64,000 nt of DNA from an uncultured Pseudobdellovibrionaceae bacterium (lineage in GTDB: Bacteria; Bdellovibrionota; Bdellovibrionia; Bdellovibrionales; UBA1609), in the NCBI GenBank assembly GCA_963803705.1, contig CAWDNU010000001.1, positions 128,001 through 192,000 of the forward strand. The letters run 5' to 3'. Shown here in pieces: positions 41,684 through 51,111 of this stretch (positions are counted from its first letter, which is position 1; each line of letters begins with the position of its first letter). The notes beneath the pieces were generated by a model. That model made no database searches and was not told the origin of the DNA. It saw only the letters and a program-made list of their open reading frames with translations. The position numbers and the translations under genes were made by a program.

Positions 41684-42132
41684 GACGAACGCTCTACAGA
41701 AATTGTTATTTCGGTTTGCAGTGCAGACTCTTCTCCGAAGCTAATGCGAGCTTTATGCTGGCCTAAGACCTTAATGGGTTCATCTATGAAAATATCGTTT
41801 TTATCAACTTCGAAGCCTTTATTGGAAAGTTCCTTAGATAAATCAATATTGGAGATCGAGCCAAAAAGCTTTTCTGTTTCACTAGCTTGAACTTTAAACT
41901 CTAAAACCTGACCAGAAAGTTTAGTTATCAATTCTTTTCTTACATCTACTGCTTTAGACTTCTTAACTTCAGCAACACGCTTTAGATGTTCAAATTCTTT
42001 GACTTTTTTTTCTGTCGCTAGGACTGCCACTTTTTTAGGGAATAGATAATTTCGTGCGAAGCCTTCTTTAACATTTACTATCTCGCCCACTTTACCAAGA
42101 TCTTTCACATCTTCTTGTAATACAATCTTCAT
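41680..42132 (-). CDS. rplI: 50S ribosomal protein L9
   Basis: 'LGKVGEIVNVKEGFARNYLFP', 'KLFGSI'. Confidence 0.97.
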   Translation of the reverse strand: MKIVLQEDVKDLGKVGEIVNVKEGFARNYLFPKKVAVLATEKKVKEFEHLKRVAEVKKSKAVDVRKELITKLSGQVLEFKVQASETEKLFGSISNIDLSKELSNKGFEVDKNDIFIDEPIKVLGQHKARISFGEESALQTEITISVERSS

Positions 42133-43046
42133 TTCGTCTCCTTAAAAGATCTAAATTCAAATAAAAAGTCTATCAGACCCATGAACACTAAGATCACAGG
42201 TAAGTTTAAAACAACTAGGATATACCATAGATTCTGCCAAAATCGAGCAATTTTAAATTTTTCCATTAAATAAGATGAGACAGAAAGCCCTTGAAAAAAG
42301 TACAGTCCAGATAAAACTATAAAGATATTTTTAAAGTAAATTTGATAGGTCTCAAAACTGGCTAAGACATCTGAAAAGTTGAGAGGAAGCGAACTAAGTG
42401 CTCTATCCCAATTAAGAAAGCCCAAAGAAAAACTAACTATAGCTGCCCAAAAGAATAGATCCGGGTTTTTGAAATTTTTTAAAATTTTGTGTCGCCAAAA
42501 GCAGCTGAAAACACCGACTATTAGGCTTAGAAAGTACACCGAAGGGATATAGCCAATATATTCATACCAGTTTTGATTTATAAAGCTTTGGCCTTCAGAG
42601 TTCGAACCAAGCTGTTCTACTAACTTAGACCAAAAATCATTAATTCTATAAAACCAATCCTCAACTTGTAAGCTTAACTTTTTGGGAAATATAGCTTCAT
42701 AGATAGCAAAAATACCAAAGTGCAAAGTTGCAGCTCCACACAGTGCTAGAATCAATAGCTGACTACTGTATTTAGAGACTTTGGTATTTGTAAGCAATAT
42801 TGCTAGCTCTACACTTAAGACTGGCAAAAGCATAATCCAGAAACTAAGAAAACCTATGGAATAAAAAACAATCAGCAAGAAACCACTTAGCAAACTAAGC
42901 CTGATTGACCTTTTAGTGCTCTTTAAGAGCAAAAAGCAAAGAGGTGTGGCTATCACCCAAAATAAAATATAGAGAAGGACCGAAGAAAAAATTCTTAGTC
43001 CAGTCTTAAAAAATGATTGCTGCTTTATTATAGGTTTAGAAACCAA
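42129..43046 (-). CDS. DUF2232/YybS-family membrane protein
   Basis: 'YFFQGL', 'GLID..FEFR'; usual position upstream of rplI. Confidence 0.75.
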   Translation of the reverse strand: MVSKPIIKQQSFFKTGLRIFSSVLLYILFWVIATPLCFLLLKSTKRSIRLSLLSGFLLIVFYSIGFLSFWIMLLPVLSVELAILLTNTKVSKYSSQLLILALCGAATLHFGIFAIYEAIFPKKLSLQVEDWFYRINDFWSKLVEQLGSNSEGQSFINQNWYEYIGYIPSVYFLSLIVGVFSCFWRHKILKNFKNPDLFFWAAIVSFSLGFLNWDRALSSLPLNFSDVLASFETYQIYFKNIFIVLSGLYFFQGLSVSSYLMEKFKIARFWQNLWYILVVLNLPVILVFMGLIDFLFEFRSFKETK

Positions 43047-43048
43047 AA

Positions 43049-43486
43049 CTAGCCTGGTTTTCTAAACATGGCTCTTTTTTTAGAGGCTTTTTCTTCGTAT
43101 TCTTTGCGTCTCTTCTCAGATTCGGCTAGAACTTCGTGATATTTTTCCACGTGCTTGCCAAGATCTGTTCCATCTTCAAGCTTAACATTTAAATACCTAA
43201 GAACTTTATCGTTAATCTTCATGGTTCTTTCAAGTTCAAGGACCACTTCAGGTGCTGCTTTGAATGTAGTATAAAAATAGTTGCCTAATTTGACCTTATC
43301 AATAGGATTTGCAAGGGTTCTTTTACCCCAAGTTTCAACGTGGGTGACCTCGCCCTTGTAGGACTCGATAATGGCCTTATTTTTTTTGAAAAACTCTTTT
43401 TGCTCATCTTCAGTTGCTTCTGGGTGCAAAATTAATATTGACTCATAAAACCGTTCTTTCACAGATTTTTGAAGTTCAAAAGACAT
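43049..43486 (-). CDS. rpsF: 30S ribosomal protein S6
   Basis: 'YESILILHP', 'WGKRTLANPI', 'ELER..KIND.VLR'. Confidence 0.95.
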   Translation of the reverse strand: MSFELQKSVKERFYESILILHPEATEDEQKEFFKKNKAIIESYKGEVTHVETWGKRTLANPIDKVKLGNYFYTTFKAAPEVVLELERTMKINDKVLRYLNVKLEDGTDLGKHVEKYHEVLAESEKRRKEYEEKASKKRAMFRKPG

Positions 43487-43601
43487 AATCTCTCCTTATG
43501 GATAATGCTGAAAACTTGATTATTTTCAACAAGAAGAAAAATTGTGTTAACATGATCGTATTTCAAAAACAAGAGACTTAAAAGCTGAAGGCAATTTCTA
43601 T

Positions 43602-44315
43602 ATGCTGTTACACTTCAAAATAATCGATTCCTCTGACCCGAAAGCTATTGGTAAATCGATTTGTATCAAGCAAGGACTGATAATCGGCAGAGCAAGGGGA
43701 AATTTAATAATTGAAGATGAAAGAATATCTTCTGTGCACGCTGAAATCCAAACAAATAACCAAGGTGACTTCTTTTTAGTTGATAAAGACTCCAGAAACG
43801 GAATTAAAGTCCAGGGAAAAAAGATAACTAAGCTGCTGCTAGACAATGGAACACTTTTTCAGGTGGGAAACACATTGATTGAGGTTGTGCTGAAAGAGGA
43901 AGAACCTGATCTACCTGAAACAAGTGACGATGACTCTTTAGCAAAAGCTATAGAATTTATCGAGAACACCAAAATTAGCGAATTCAAATCCAAGAGGCCA
44001 GTATTCTTCCGCAAGCCAATCAAACTCATTGTGATTCAAGGTATCCAACTTAACCAAAGCTGGCAGATAGAGTTCGGACCCTACAAATTTGGCTCTGGCT
44101 GCGTAGGTGGACTGTTGGTAAGCGATAACATGCCACTTGAAGTTTTTGAGATATACGAGGTCAGCTCTGGTAAAATGGTCCATGTTCTAACTGAACAAAG
44201 AATTGTAAAGCTTAATACTATACCACTGGCCTCTGACTCTTTGGTGGATAATGGAGATATACTTAGCATTCACCTTTCCGAACAAGATATCACTCGAATA
44301 AAATTTGAGTTTTAA
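43602..44315 (+). CDS. FHA-domain protein
   Basis: 'IIGR', 'ISSVHA', 'D.DSRNG' FHA motifs. Confidence 0.85.
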   Translation: MLLHFKIIDSSDPKAIGKSICIKQGLIIGRARGNLIIEDERISSVHAEIQTNNQGDFFLVDKDSRNGIKVQGKKITKLLLDNGTLFQVGNTLIEVVLKEEEPDLPETSDDDSLAKAIEFIENTKISEFKSKRPVFFRKPIKLIVIQGIQLNQSWQIEFGPYKFGSGCVGGLLVSDNMPLEVFEIYEVSSGKMVHVLTEQRIVKLNTIPLASDSLVDNGDILSIHLSEQDITRIKFEF

Positions 44316-44394
44316 TTAGATCTCCTTTACTTTAAAACTGATTTCTTCCGATTCAAACTCAAATTAAAAAATTTAAGAAGGCAAAAAAGAAAGT

Positions 44395-45267
44395 ATGGAT
44401 TCTGCACTGGTAAAAAAAGAATATTTTAATTCGTTTGATGGCACAAAAATTTATTATGAGCTTCATGGGGAATCAGGTCCAGTTGTTGTGCTGATTTATG
44501 GCGTAGCATGCCAGATGAACCACTGGGTCTACCAGGTATCGGACTTATCAAAGGATTATCGGGTTTTATTATTTGATTATAGGGGCCACCATAAATCTGC
44601 GACCTCTGAAGACTTAAATATGGATATTGTAGCCCAAGATCTTTCAGCTCTTATGGACCATCTAGGCTTTCAGAAAGCTCACGTTGTGGGACATAGTTTC
44701 GGCGTTCCTGTTGCCGTCAAATTTGCAAATACTAACCCTAGTAAAACTGAATCCTTAGTTTTTATAAATGGCTTTGTTTACAATCCCTTAGATGAATTAT
44801 TTAAATTTCCTGTTTCAAAAAAACTTATTGAAACCTTAAGCGTATTTCAACAGTTCGCACCGTCTTTGTCGCAGTGGCTTTGGCGTAAAGCTGTCAACAA
44901 CATTTTAACTCAACTTGGCGCAGGATTGCTCGGTGGTTTTAATCTTGAACTTGCTTCATTCAAGGACATCGAGATTTACACTCAGGCACTAGAAAACTTA
45001 AAGGTAGTTGTCATTTTGAAGTATATGCATGATCTGGTGAATATGGATTTACGGGAGGATCTTAAAATAATCAAAGCCAAAACCCTTGTAATTTCCGGGC
45101 TTAAAGATGGAATTACGCCCACAAGGCAACAAGAACTTATGAAAAACCTTATTTCCGATTCATCCATCGAGCGTATTAAGGAAGGAAGCCACTGTACACA
45201 ACTAGATATGCCAGATTATGTAAATTCCTTACTAAGAAATTTTTTTGTATCGCAACATAGAAAATAA
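44395..45267 (+). CDS. Alpha/beta hydrolase
   Basis: 'FDYRGH', 'GHSFG' nucleophile elbow, 'GSH'. Confidence 0.92.
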   Translation: MDSALVKKEYFNSFDGTKIYYELHGESGPVVVLIYGVACQMNHWVYQVSDLSKDYRVLLFDYRGHHKSATSEDLNMDIVAQDLSALMDHLGFQKAHVVGHSFGVPVAVKFANTNPSKTESLVFINGFVYNPLDELFKFPVSKKLIETLSVFQQFAPSLSQWLWRKAVNNILTQLGAGLLGGFNLELASFKDIEIYTQALENLKVVVILKYMHDLVNMDLREDLKIIKAKTLVISGLKDGITPTRQQELMKNLISDSSIERIKEGSHCTQLDMPDYVNSLLRNFFVSQHRK

Positions 45268-45356
45268 AATTTGGAAGTCTGGCACTTTTAGGTAATAATT
45301 TACCTTCATTTACAAACCCACTATTATTTATCTAAAAATAAATTAAAGTGACCAAG

Positions 45357-45397
45357 AAACTAAAAATTGCTACCTAAATTAGCAATTTTATAGTTTT
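45357..45397. terminator. AT-rich hairpin after the hydrolase gene
   Basis: AAACTA-AAAATTGCTA ... TAGCAATTTT-A-TAGTTT. Confidence 0.45.
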
Positions 45398-45635
45398 TAG
45401 GCATCATTTTGTGGAAAAGTCAGTGGATCAGTGGGTATTACTCTCTAATTCTATATCAATAATAAGTAATTCTTCTAGATCTAGTTGGTTCCAATTACGC
45501 AAAAGATTAATACCTAAACTGAGTGTTTTCACCTAAATCTAAATCACTGATAGCTAGAAGGCCGCCGGTGGTCAGCGATAATCCTGTAATGGAACTTCAT
45601 TCCCTTAGCTTTGGTTGGAATTCTAGAAGAGAATC

Positions 45636-45740
45636 GAATTCTACCGCATTAAAATGACATTTCACGGCTCTGAATTATGGACTTTAGACAGTTCTAATGT
45701 GCTCTTGTATCAATAGTTTCGTTCTTAGCATTTGGTTTAA
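45636..45740 (+). repeat. Cassette-associated repeat, copy 1
   Basis: 45684-45738 matches 47250-47304 at 51/55 (manual count). Confidence 0.9.
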
Positions 45741-45805
45741 TTTAAGAATTTGTTTAACTGAGCATAACTTTTGCATAATTTATACTTATTTAAAGGGGAT
45801 TCAAA

Positions 45806-46996
45806 ATGCATATTTTTAAAACGACCATTATTTGTCTCACATCCATGGGGTGCCTTCAGGCCTATGCCCAGAACTTCAACTTAGTTAATAAAGAAAAGCT
45901 TATTGCTGATTTCCCTTATTCATATTTTGAGGCTAAATACACTGGTAAACTCACGCAAGCTTTAGTGAGAAGTTATAAAAATCAAGATTACTTGTTAAGG
46001 GAACGAACTAAAGCTTGTTACAAAACAGTTAGATACTGCGAAAATGAACTGAGTAGCCTTTCAATCCGGATGACCAATGATAAAGTTCCCATGGCCGAAC
46101 AGTTCAATAAAATATCCAATCTTATGACAGAATGCGAAGAAGAAAGTCCTAAAGATTTTGATACAGTTTGTGGTGCTCCAATTGTATCTGATGTTGTAAA
46201 AGGATGGATCTCTGGTGCTTTAGAGGAAAATCCTAATGCATACGGATCTCTCGACGAATCACAAATTATCTATTTTGAGTTCAGGAAAGAATTTTACGAA
46301 TACTTCATGGATCAGGAAAATACTAAAAATTTAAATAAGATTTTTGATTGGGCCAAATCGGATCTTAAGAATTTTTTAATAAGCCTAAAACCAACACATA
46401 GCCTTAACAAAATATTAAATATAATAGATCAGATTGAACTTAATACAGTTTTTATTAGCTTTGGTAATTTTCCCAAACACCCGTTCTCTGAGACTCTTAC
46501 GGCAGGGATTGGAGACAATTCGATCGATTTTGGTCCTTCGATTTTTTTCACTCAAGATTTAAATCATGAACTTGCCTATTTATTTCTAATCCACGAAATG
46601 ACCCACTACTTCGATATGTGCACATCTCAAGATGCACCTTATTATCAAAATTTAAATACCTACGATGATTACTTTATAACTTTTTACCCTCTAACCTTAA
46701 AAAATGAGTATCTAACTAAGAATAGAATTTCAAATACGCCAAAAAATGACTTTCAGAAGTGGATATGCAACGATCAGCTTGTTGAGCTTGTACCAGACTG
46801 GATTGCCGCCCGCGTGTTCAACACATATTATGTAGAACATGGTTTTTCTTCTCAAGCACTTTTAGGTTCAATGACAAAGTTTCTAGGTCAGCCAGACCCT
46901 GAAGGTTATGCTGAGGCATCTTTTCATCAACACATTGCTGATGAAGAAAGGCTTCGGATGACAAAAAGGATTGTTATTGATGGTTTTGATTACTGA
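45806..46996 (+). CDS. Secreted putative zinc metallopeptidase (HExxH)
   Basis: Signal peptide ..LQAYA; 'LIHEMTHYFD' and a downstream 'ELVPD'. Confidence 0.65.
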   Translation: MHIFKTTIICLTSMGCLQAYAQNFNLVNKEKLIADFPYSYFEAKYTGKLTQALVRSYKNQDYLLRERTKACYKTVRYCENELSSLSIRMTNDKVPMAEQFNKISNLMTECEEESPKDFDTVCGAPIVSDVVKGWISGALEENPNAYGSLDESQIIYFEFRKEFYEYFMDQENTKNLNKIFDWAKSDLKNFLISLKPTHSLNKILNIIDQIELNTVFISFGNFPKHPFSETLTAGIGDNSIDFGPSIFFTQDLNHELAYLFLIHEMTHYFDMCTSQDAPYYQNLNTYDDYFITFYPLTLKNEYLTKNRISNTPKNDFQKWICNDQLVELVPDWIAARVFNTYYVEHGFSSQALLGSMTKFLGQPDPEGYAEASFHQHIADEERLRMTKRIVIDGFDY

Positions 46997-47200
46997 TTAG
47001 TTATCAAAAAATTATAACGTGGCAGAAAATCAGACTTTAATATTAAATGAGTTTCAAGCCTAATTGCCTGAATATGAATTAGCAAATGGACGGCTTAGTA
47101 AGTTTGCCAAGCGGTATCACGCTAAACTATAAATTTTTTGAATAGTTAATCAACCTTTAACTTACAAACCTCTAAGCAAAAATCACTAGTGATTTGCTCG

Positions 47201-47307
47201 GAATTCTATCGCTCTAGAGTAGTTTTGCAGTGACACTTTGCGCCCCCACTTAGACAGTTTTAATGTGCTCTAGTATCAACAGTTTCGTTCTTAGCATTAG
47301 GTTTTAA
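47201..47307 (+). repeat. Cassette-associated repeat, copy 2
   Basis: 47201-47300 aligns without gaps to 48357-48456 at 77/100 (manual count). Confidence 0.9.
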
Positions 47308-47350
47308 GCACACTACTTGCTGATGTAAGGTTAAAGAAAAGGAGATCTTC

Positions 47351-48274
47351 GTGAACTTTAAAATTGTTATTACCACCATGTTATGTATCGGATTAAGCTA
47401 TTCTTCGTATGCAGATAGTAGAGTAAAAGAGTCCTCTGATTCAGTTACCTCAGTTTTAGAGCAAGCCTTGGGGGATTTTGAAACTAGGCTTTTATATATT
47501 GGAGACACCAATCATAGTAATCTGATAATGAAGCATGCGATTAGCGAGGTCTTGGATAAAGCAGTTAAGATAGATAGTGATATTAATTGTCTACTTCTAG
47601 AATCAAGCGGTGAAATTTACCAACAGGCTTTAGATGGTTACTCATCAGGAAAAATTTCCTGGGATGACTCCGTCGAAAAAGCTAATTTAGCAAAGGAGAA
47701 GCTTACCGGACGTCCTTACAAAGTCAGTAGAGTTGTAATTGACCAAGCGATTAAAAGTGGCTTGAAAATTTATGCAGTTGATTGGTCAGACTCCTCTTCT
47801 GAATCTGCTAGAATGAAAGAGCTATTTAGAGAAGGGTTTCATGAGGGTAACATGGAAAGTTTAGAAGCAGCTTTTCAATTAGGTGTTACTGAAAGAAATA
47901 GAGTTATGAGTGCCAATATTCTCAATGTTATGCAGCCATTGCCCCCACGTAGAGTCAGTGAGTGTAAAAAAGCTGTAATGACTGTGGGAACACTTCACCT
48001 TCAAACAACAGTGGATATGTCTTCTTTGGGTATAGGAGAGCAAATCTTTGAAAGTATCGGTAGTCTGTTGGCTTCAGACTTCAAACAAAGCTTTGTTAGT
48101 ATTTATGATTGCATTGATAAGGTTAATGCTGGGCCAGCTAGAAACGCCTGCGAAACAAATACTGGTGCAGAAACTCTTCCAACAAGCTTACAACTCAAAG
48201 GATCTTTTCAAAGAGTTGATATTAATTCAGACCCAGAAATCACCGGATCGCTACTGATGTATTACACCAAGTAG
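47351..48274 (+). CDS. Secreted EreA/ChaN/Tiki-superfamily-like protein
   Basis: 'LYIGDTNH', 'LLLE', 'ERNRVMSANI', 'VGTLHL'; signal peptide; AAGGAG RBS. Confidence 0.6.
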   Translation: MNFKIVITTMLCIGLSYSSYADSRVKESSDSVTSVLEQALGDFETRLLYIGDTNHSNLIMKHAISEVLDKAVKIDSDINCLLLESSGEIYQQALDGYSSGKISWDDSVEKANLAKEKLTGRPYKVSRVVIDQAIKSGLKIYAVDWSDSSSESARMKELFREGFHEGNMESLEAAFQLGVTERNRVMSANILNVMQPLPPRRVSECKKAVMTVGTLHLQTTVDMSSLGIGEQIFESIGSLLASDFKQSFVSIYDCIDKVNAGPARNACETNTGAETLPTSLQLKGSFQRVDINSDPEITGSLLMYYTK

Positions 48275-48308
48275 AATAATTGATCTTGTTCGTGACCCCA
48301 ATTTTGTT

Positions 48309-48456
48309 TAGACACCTAGACCCGGCGATGTCCTGAGAGTATAGAAGGTTTGATCTGAATTCTATAGCACCAGTGTAGTCTTTTGGTGACAATTTTCGCA
48401 CCCATTTTGAAGGTTTCAATGCGTTCTGGTGTCGACAGTTTCGTTCTTGGCATTGG
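48309..48456 (+). repeat. Cassette-associated repeat, copy 3 (extended form)
   Basis: Right 100 nt match copy 2; left 37 nt match 17463-17499 at 30/37. Confidence 0.85.
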
Positions 48457-48592
48457 CCTATGACCAAAATGCAGACGAGGTTTGATATAAGTATACAGTT
48501 GAGTAAATATTATCATTGGTCACCCCAATATTTTCATCAACACTTTGATATGTTATATTTTTACATTCAACAACTAAACAAGGAGCTCCTTT

Positions 48593-49015
48593 ATGAAGTC
48601 ATTTTTTACTTTTGTAATTTTTTTCTCACTTTCGAGCCAATCTTATGCTGTAACATCTATGGATGGTGTATGGGTTAGAGATGGCGTTAGAACTTGTCTA
48701 AACGGTGAAATTATTGATGACTCTCCTATGGGTGGCTTAAGTAACTATGCTATGACTGTAAACGGTGAAAATCTGAATATTAATTTTCAATTTACCTACC
48801 AAGGGAATGTTAACCAAGTGAACATCGACTATAGCCTGACTGCTCTAGCTGTTGAAAAAAATAACTTTTATGAAGCTGCTCCAAATTTAGAACAACATGG
48901 AGCTTCACCTCTTCAGCTTATTACTGAAGACCACAGAATTACCGCACTTTTTGAAGACAACAATGGAAACTTCTGTAACGGTGGTTATATCGTACAAAAG
49001 ATGATAAAGAAGTAA
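48593..49015 (+). CDS. Secreted beta-rich hypothetical protein
   Basis: AAGGAG RBS; signal peptide; 'MDGVW' reminiscent of lipocalin-like GxW; two Cys. Confidence 0.75.
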   Translation: MKSFFTFVIFFSLSSQSYAVTSMDGVWVRDGVRTCLNGEIIDDSPMGGLSNYAMTVNGENLNINFQFTYQGNVNQVNIDYSLTALAVEKNNFYEAAPNLEQHGASPLQLITEDHRITALFEDNNGNFCNGGYIVQKMIKK

Positions 49016-49071
49016 CTTTTCGGCTATTGCAACAATCACTAGGTAGAATTTAGACATCACATCAATTTATA

Positions 49072-49102
49072 GAGCCTTTGGATACTGCCAGGGGCTTTTT
49101 TG
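49072..49102 (+). terminator. Rho-independent terminator
   Basis: GAGCCTTTGG...CCAGGGGCTT followed by a T-tract. Confidence 0.75.
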
Positions 49103-49200
49103 TTGGCTCTGGTCAACAAACCTTAATTTTGAATTTCTGACCAAAATTTTTGAAAATTCAAATTTTTGGCTTAAAATCGTCACCCTGTAAATTTTCTGAT

Positions 49201-49253
49201 CAGGTTGGATGTGCTCTGCGACCTGTATATTTGTTTTAAGGTTTTGGTTTTAA
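49201..49253 (+). repeat. Cassette-associated repeat, degenerate copy 4
   Basis: 35/53 ungapped identity to 47255-47307, including ATGTGCTCT and GGTTTTAA. Confidence 0.6.
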
Positions 49254-49351
49254 TCAAGTATAGAACAATTTCAATTTGCATAACAAGCTTCAAGTTTGGG
49301 CAATTTATCGGTAGATTCTAAAATTAGAAATACAACAAACAAGGAGAATAA

Positions 49352-49741
49352 ATGAAAAAATTGATACTAAGTCTATTTCTGACATCTTTATCATTTAACG
49401 TATTTGCTGAGTCACCAGTTGATTTTGATCAACAGGCGCTTAAAGCTTTGATGGCAAGTGCTCCAAGCATGAGTGTCACAGGAGACATTGAAGCGGACAA
49501 ATTGTCAGACGTTTTAGCTGAAGCTCTTTATACCTACAACACAGGAGAAATAACTCTCCAAGTTTACAACCAATGCGTAATGAACGAAGGTGGTAAAGGT
49601 ATGCAATGTAGACTGTCAATTTCTGATAGCGACGGCGAAATTGAAAGTGCAATTATTTTAACATATCAAGTTGTTAGGAATTCGACTACTGGTGAAGTAG
49701 AGGTTGTATCTAAATCAGTAAACTCAATTATTGCTGGATAA
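49352..49741 (+). CDS. Secreted acidic hypothetical protein
   Basis: AAGGAG RBS; 'MKKLILSLFLTSLSFNVFA' signal peptide; two Cys. Confidence 0.8.
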   Translation: MKKLILSLFLTSLSFNVFAESPVDFDQQALKALMASAPSMSVTGDIEADKLSDVLAEALYTYNTGEITLQVYNQCVMNEGGKGMQCRLSISDSDGEIESAIILTYQVVRNSTTGEVEVVSKSVNSIIAG

Positions 49742-49819
49742 ATTTAGTTTAAGATAAACTACTCAATGGTTTATCTCACCTAACACTAGTAACTAATGAA
49801 ACATTTTTTAGATTCAATT

Positions 49820-49850
49820 AGCCTTTCTGCGAAGAAGGGCTTTGTTTTAT
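49820..49850 (+). terminator. Rho-independent terminator
   Basis: AGCCTTTCT-GCGA-AGAAGGGCT followed by TTGTTTT. Confidence 0.7.
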
Positions 49851-49993
49851 TTGGTCACAAACTCTACGGTTTTATACGACAGAATGTCATTAATCTCAGC
49901 TGTTTTGAGTGCTAAAATATGTAACTAAGGGCTGTGGGCTGCTCAGTTAAATTACCTGGAACAGGTGCCTATAGAACCACGACACCTTTAGCC

Positions 49994-50144
49994 CCATGTA
50001 AAAAAGAAGAAGACTTTAAATATTTACCTAACCTTCAAAAGTGAGCTCGGATTTTAGTTTTCAGCGAAGCTGAATGCTAAAAACGTATGGCTGAACCTTT
50101 TGAAGGTTAGGTAAATATTTAAAGTCTTCTTCTTTTTTACATGG
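49994..50144. repeat. Long hairpin element C (perfect 48-bp arms, 55-bp core)
   Basis: 49994-50041 is the exact reverse complement of 50097-50144; inner hairpin TTCAGC-GAA-GCTGAA. Confidence 0.95.
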
Positions 50145-50290
50145 TGGCGATCCGCACTTAAGTTAAGTTAAGTTAAGCGCAGTCATACTAAAATGATTTT
50201 GCTTTCGGCATGGCCTACAATTTTAAATTTCATTACTGCGCGAATGGCGGTCACAGTCACTAAATTTCACATCAGAACCTGAACCAAGAA

Positions 50291-51046
50291 TTACTTTTTA
50301 ATTCTAGCTTTAAGGTAAGCTCTGTTCATGTGGGTGATGTTATCGAGCGAAATCTCTTTAGGACAGGCAGCAGAACAAGCAGCTGTATTGGTGCATGCAC
50401 CGAAACCCTCTTTGTCCATTTGAGCCACCATATTAGAGACTCGATCAGCGGCTTCAACTTTGCCTTGGGGTAAAATATTCAAATGATTAATTTTTGCAGA
50501 CACAAAAAGCATTGCAGACGCATTTTTACAAGCAGCCACGCATGCTCCGCACCCGATACAAGTTGCTGACATAAATGCCTCGTCAGAATTGTCTTTTCGA
50601 ATAGGTATGGCATTGGCATCCTGAGCATTACCAGTCGAAACTGAAACGTAGCCCCCTGCTTCGATTATGCGGTCAAAGGCGCTGCGGTCTACCGCTAAAT
50701 CTTTTATGATTGGAAACGATTTAGCTCTAAAAGGTTCAACGAATATTTCGTCGCCATCATTAAAAGTTCTCATATGAAGCTGACATGTGGTTGTAGCCCT
50801 TTGGGGTCCATGAGGGTCACCATTTATAACCATCGCGCAGGACCCACAGATGCCTTCTCGACAATCGTGATCGAAAAGTACTGGATCTTCACCGCTTTTT
50901 ATCAACTTTTGATTCAGTACATCCATCATCTCTAGGAATGACATATCTGTACTAATATCCTTTAAGGAGTGAGACTCAAAAGTTCCTTTAGAGTCGTTAT
51001 CTTTTTGTCGCCATACTTTCAGTTTTAAATTTATAGTTTCGCTCAT
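50291..51046 (-). CDS. sdhB: Succinate dehydrogenase/fumarate reductase Fe-S subunit
   Basis: '[10 protein letters not shown]', '[11 protein letters not shown]', '[12 protein letters not shown]'. Confidence 0.95.
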   Translation of the reverse strand: MSETINLKLKVWRQKDNDSKGTFESHSLKDISTDMSFLEMMDVLNQKLIKSGEDPVLFDHDCREGICGSCAMVINGDPHGPQRATTTCQLHMRTFNDGDEIFVEPFRAKSFPIIKDLAVDRSAFDRIIEAGGYVSVSTGNAQDANAIPIRKDNSDEAFMSATCIGCGACVAACKNASAMLFVSAKINHLNILPQGKVEAADRVSNMVAQMDKEGFGACTNTAACSAACPKEISLDNITHMNRAYLKARIKK

Positions 51047-51111
51047 CTCACATCCTAAATTGTTAATTTTAGTTATTAGAATTTAATTCTAAAAACCCAA
51101 TGTACTGAATC

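Noticed and set aside
45271..45290. GGAAGTCTGGCACTT as another REP copy
   Set aside because: Too short and degenerate, with no partner arm
45760..47320. AGCA-N6-TTGC motifs before the first two cassette genes as sigma-54 promoters
   Set aside because: They lack the invariant GG at -24 and are not seen before the other two genes
45636..49253. Cassette repeats as integron attC sites or CRISPR repeats
   Set aside because: No RYYYAAC/GTTRRRY palindromic ends, not adjacent to stop codons, kb-scale spacing, and no intI or cas gene in the window
45636..49253. Cassette repeats as a known riboswitch such as c-di-GMP-I
   Set aside because: No recognisable consensus, and only weak pairing (AATG/CATT) by eye; an Rfam scan is needed to exclude it formally
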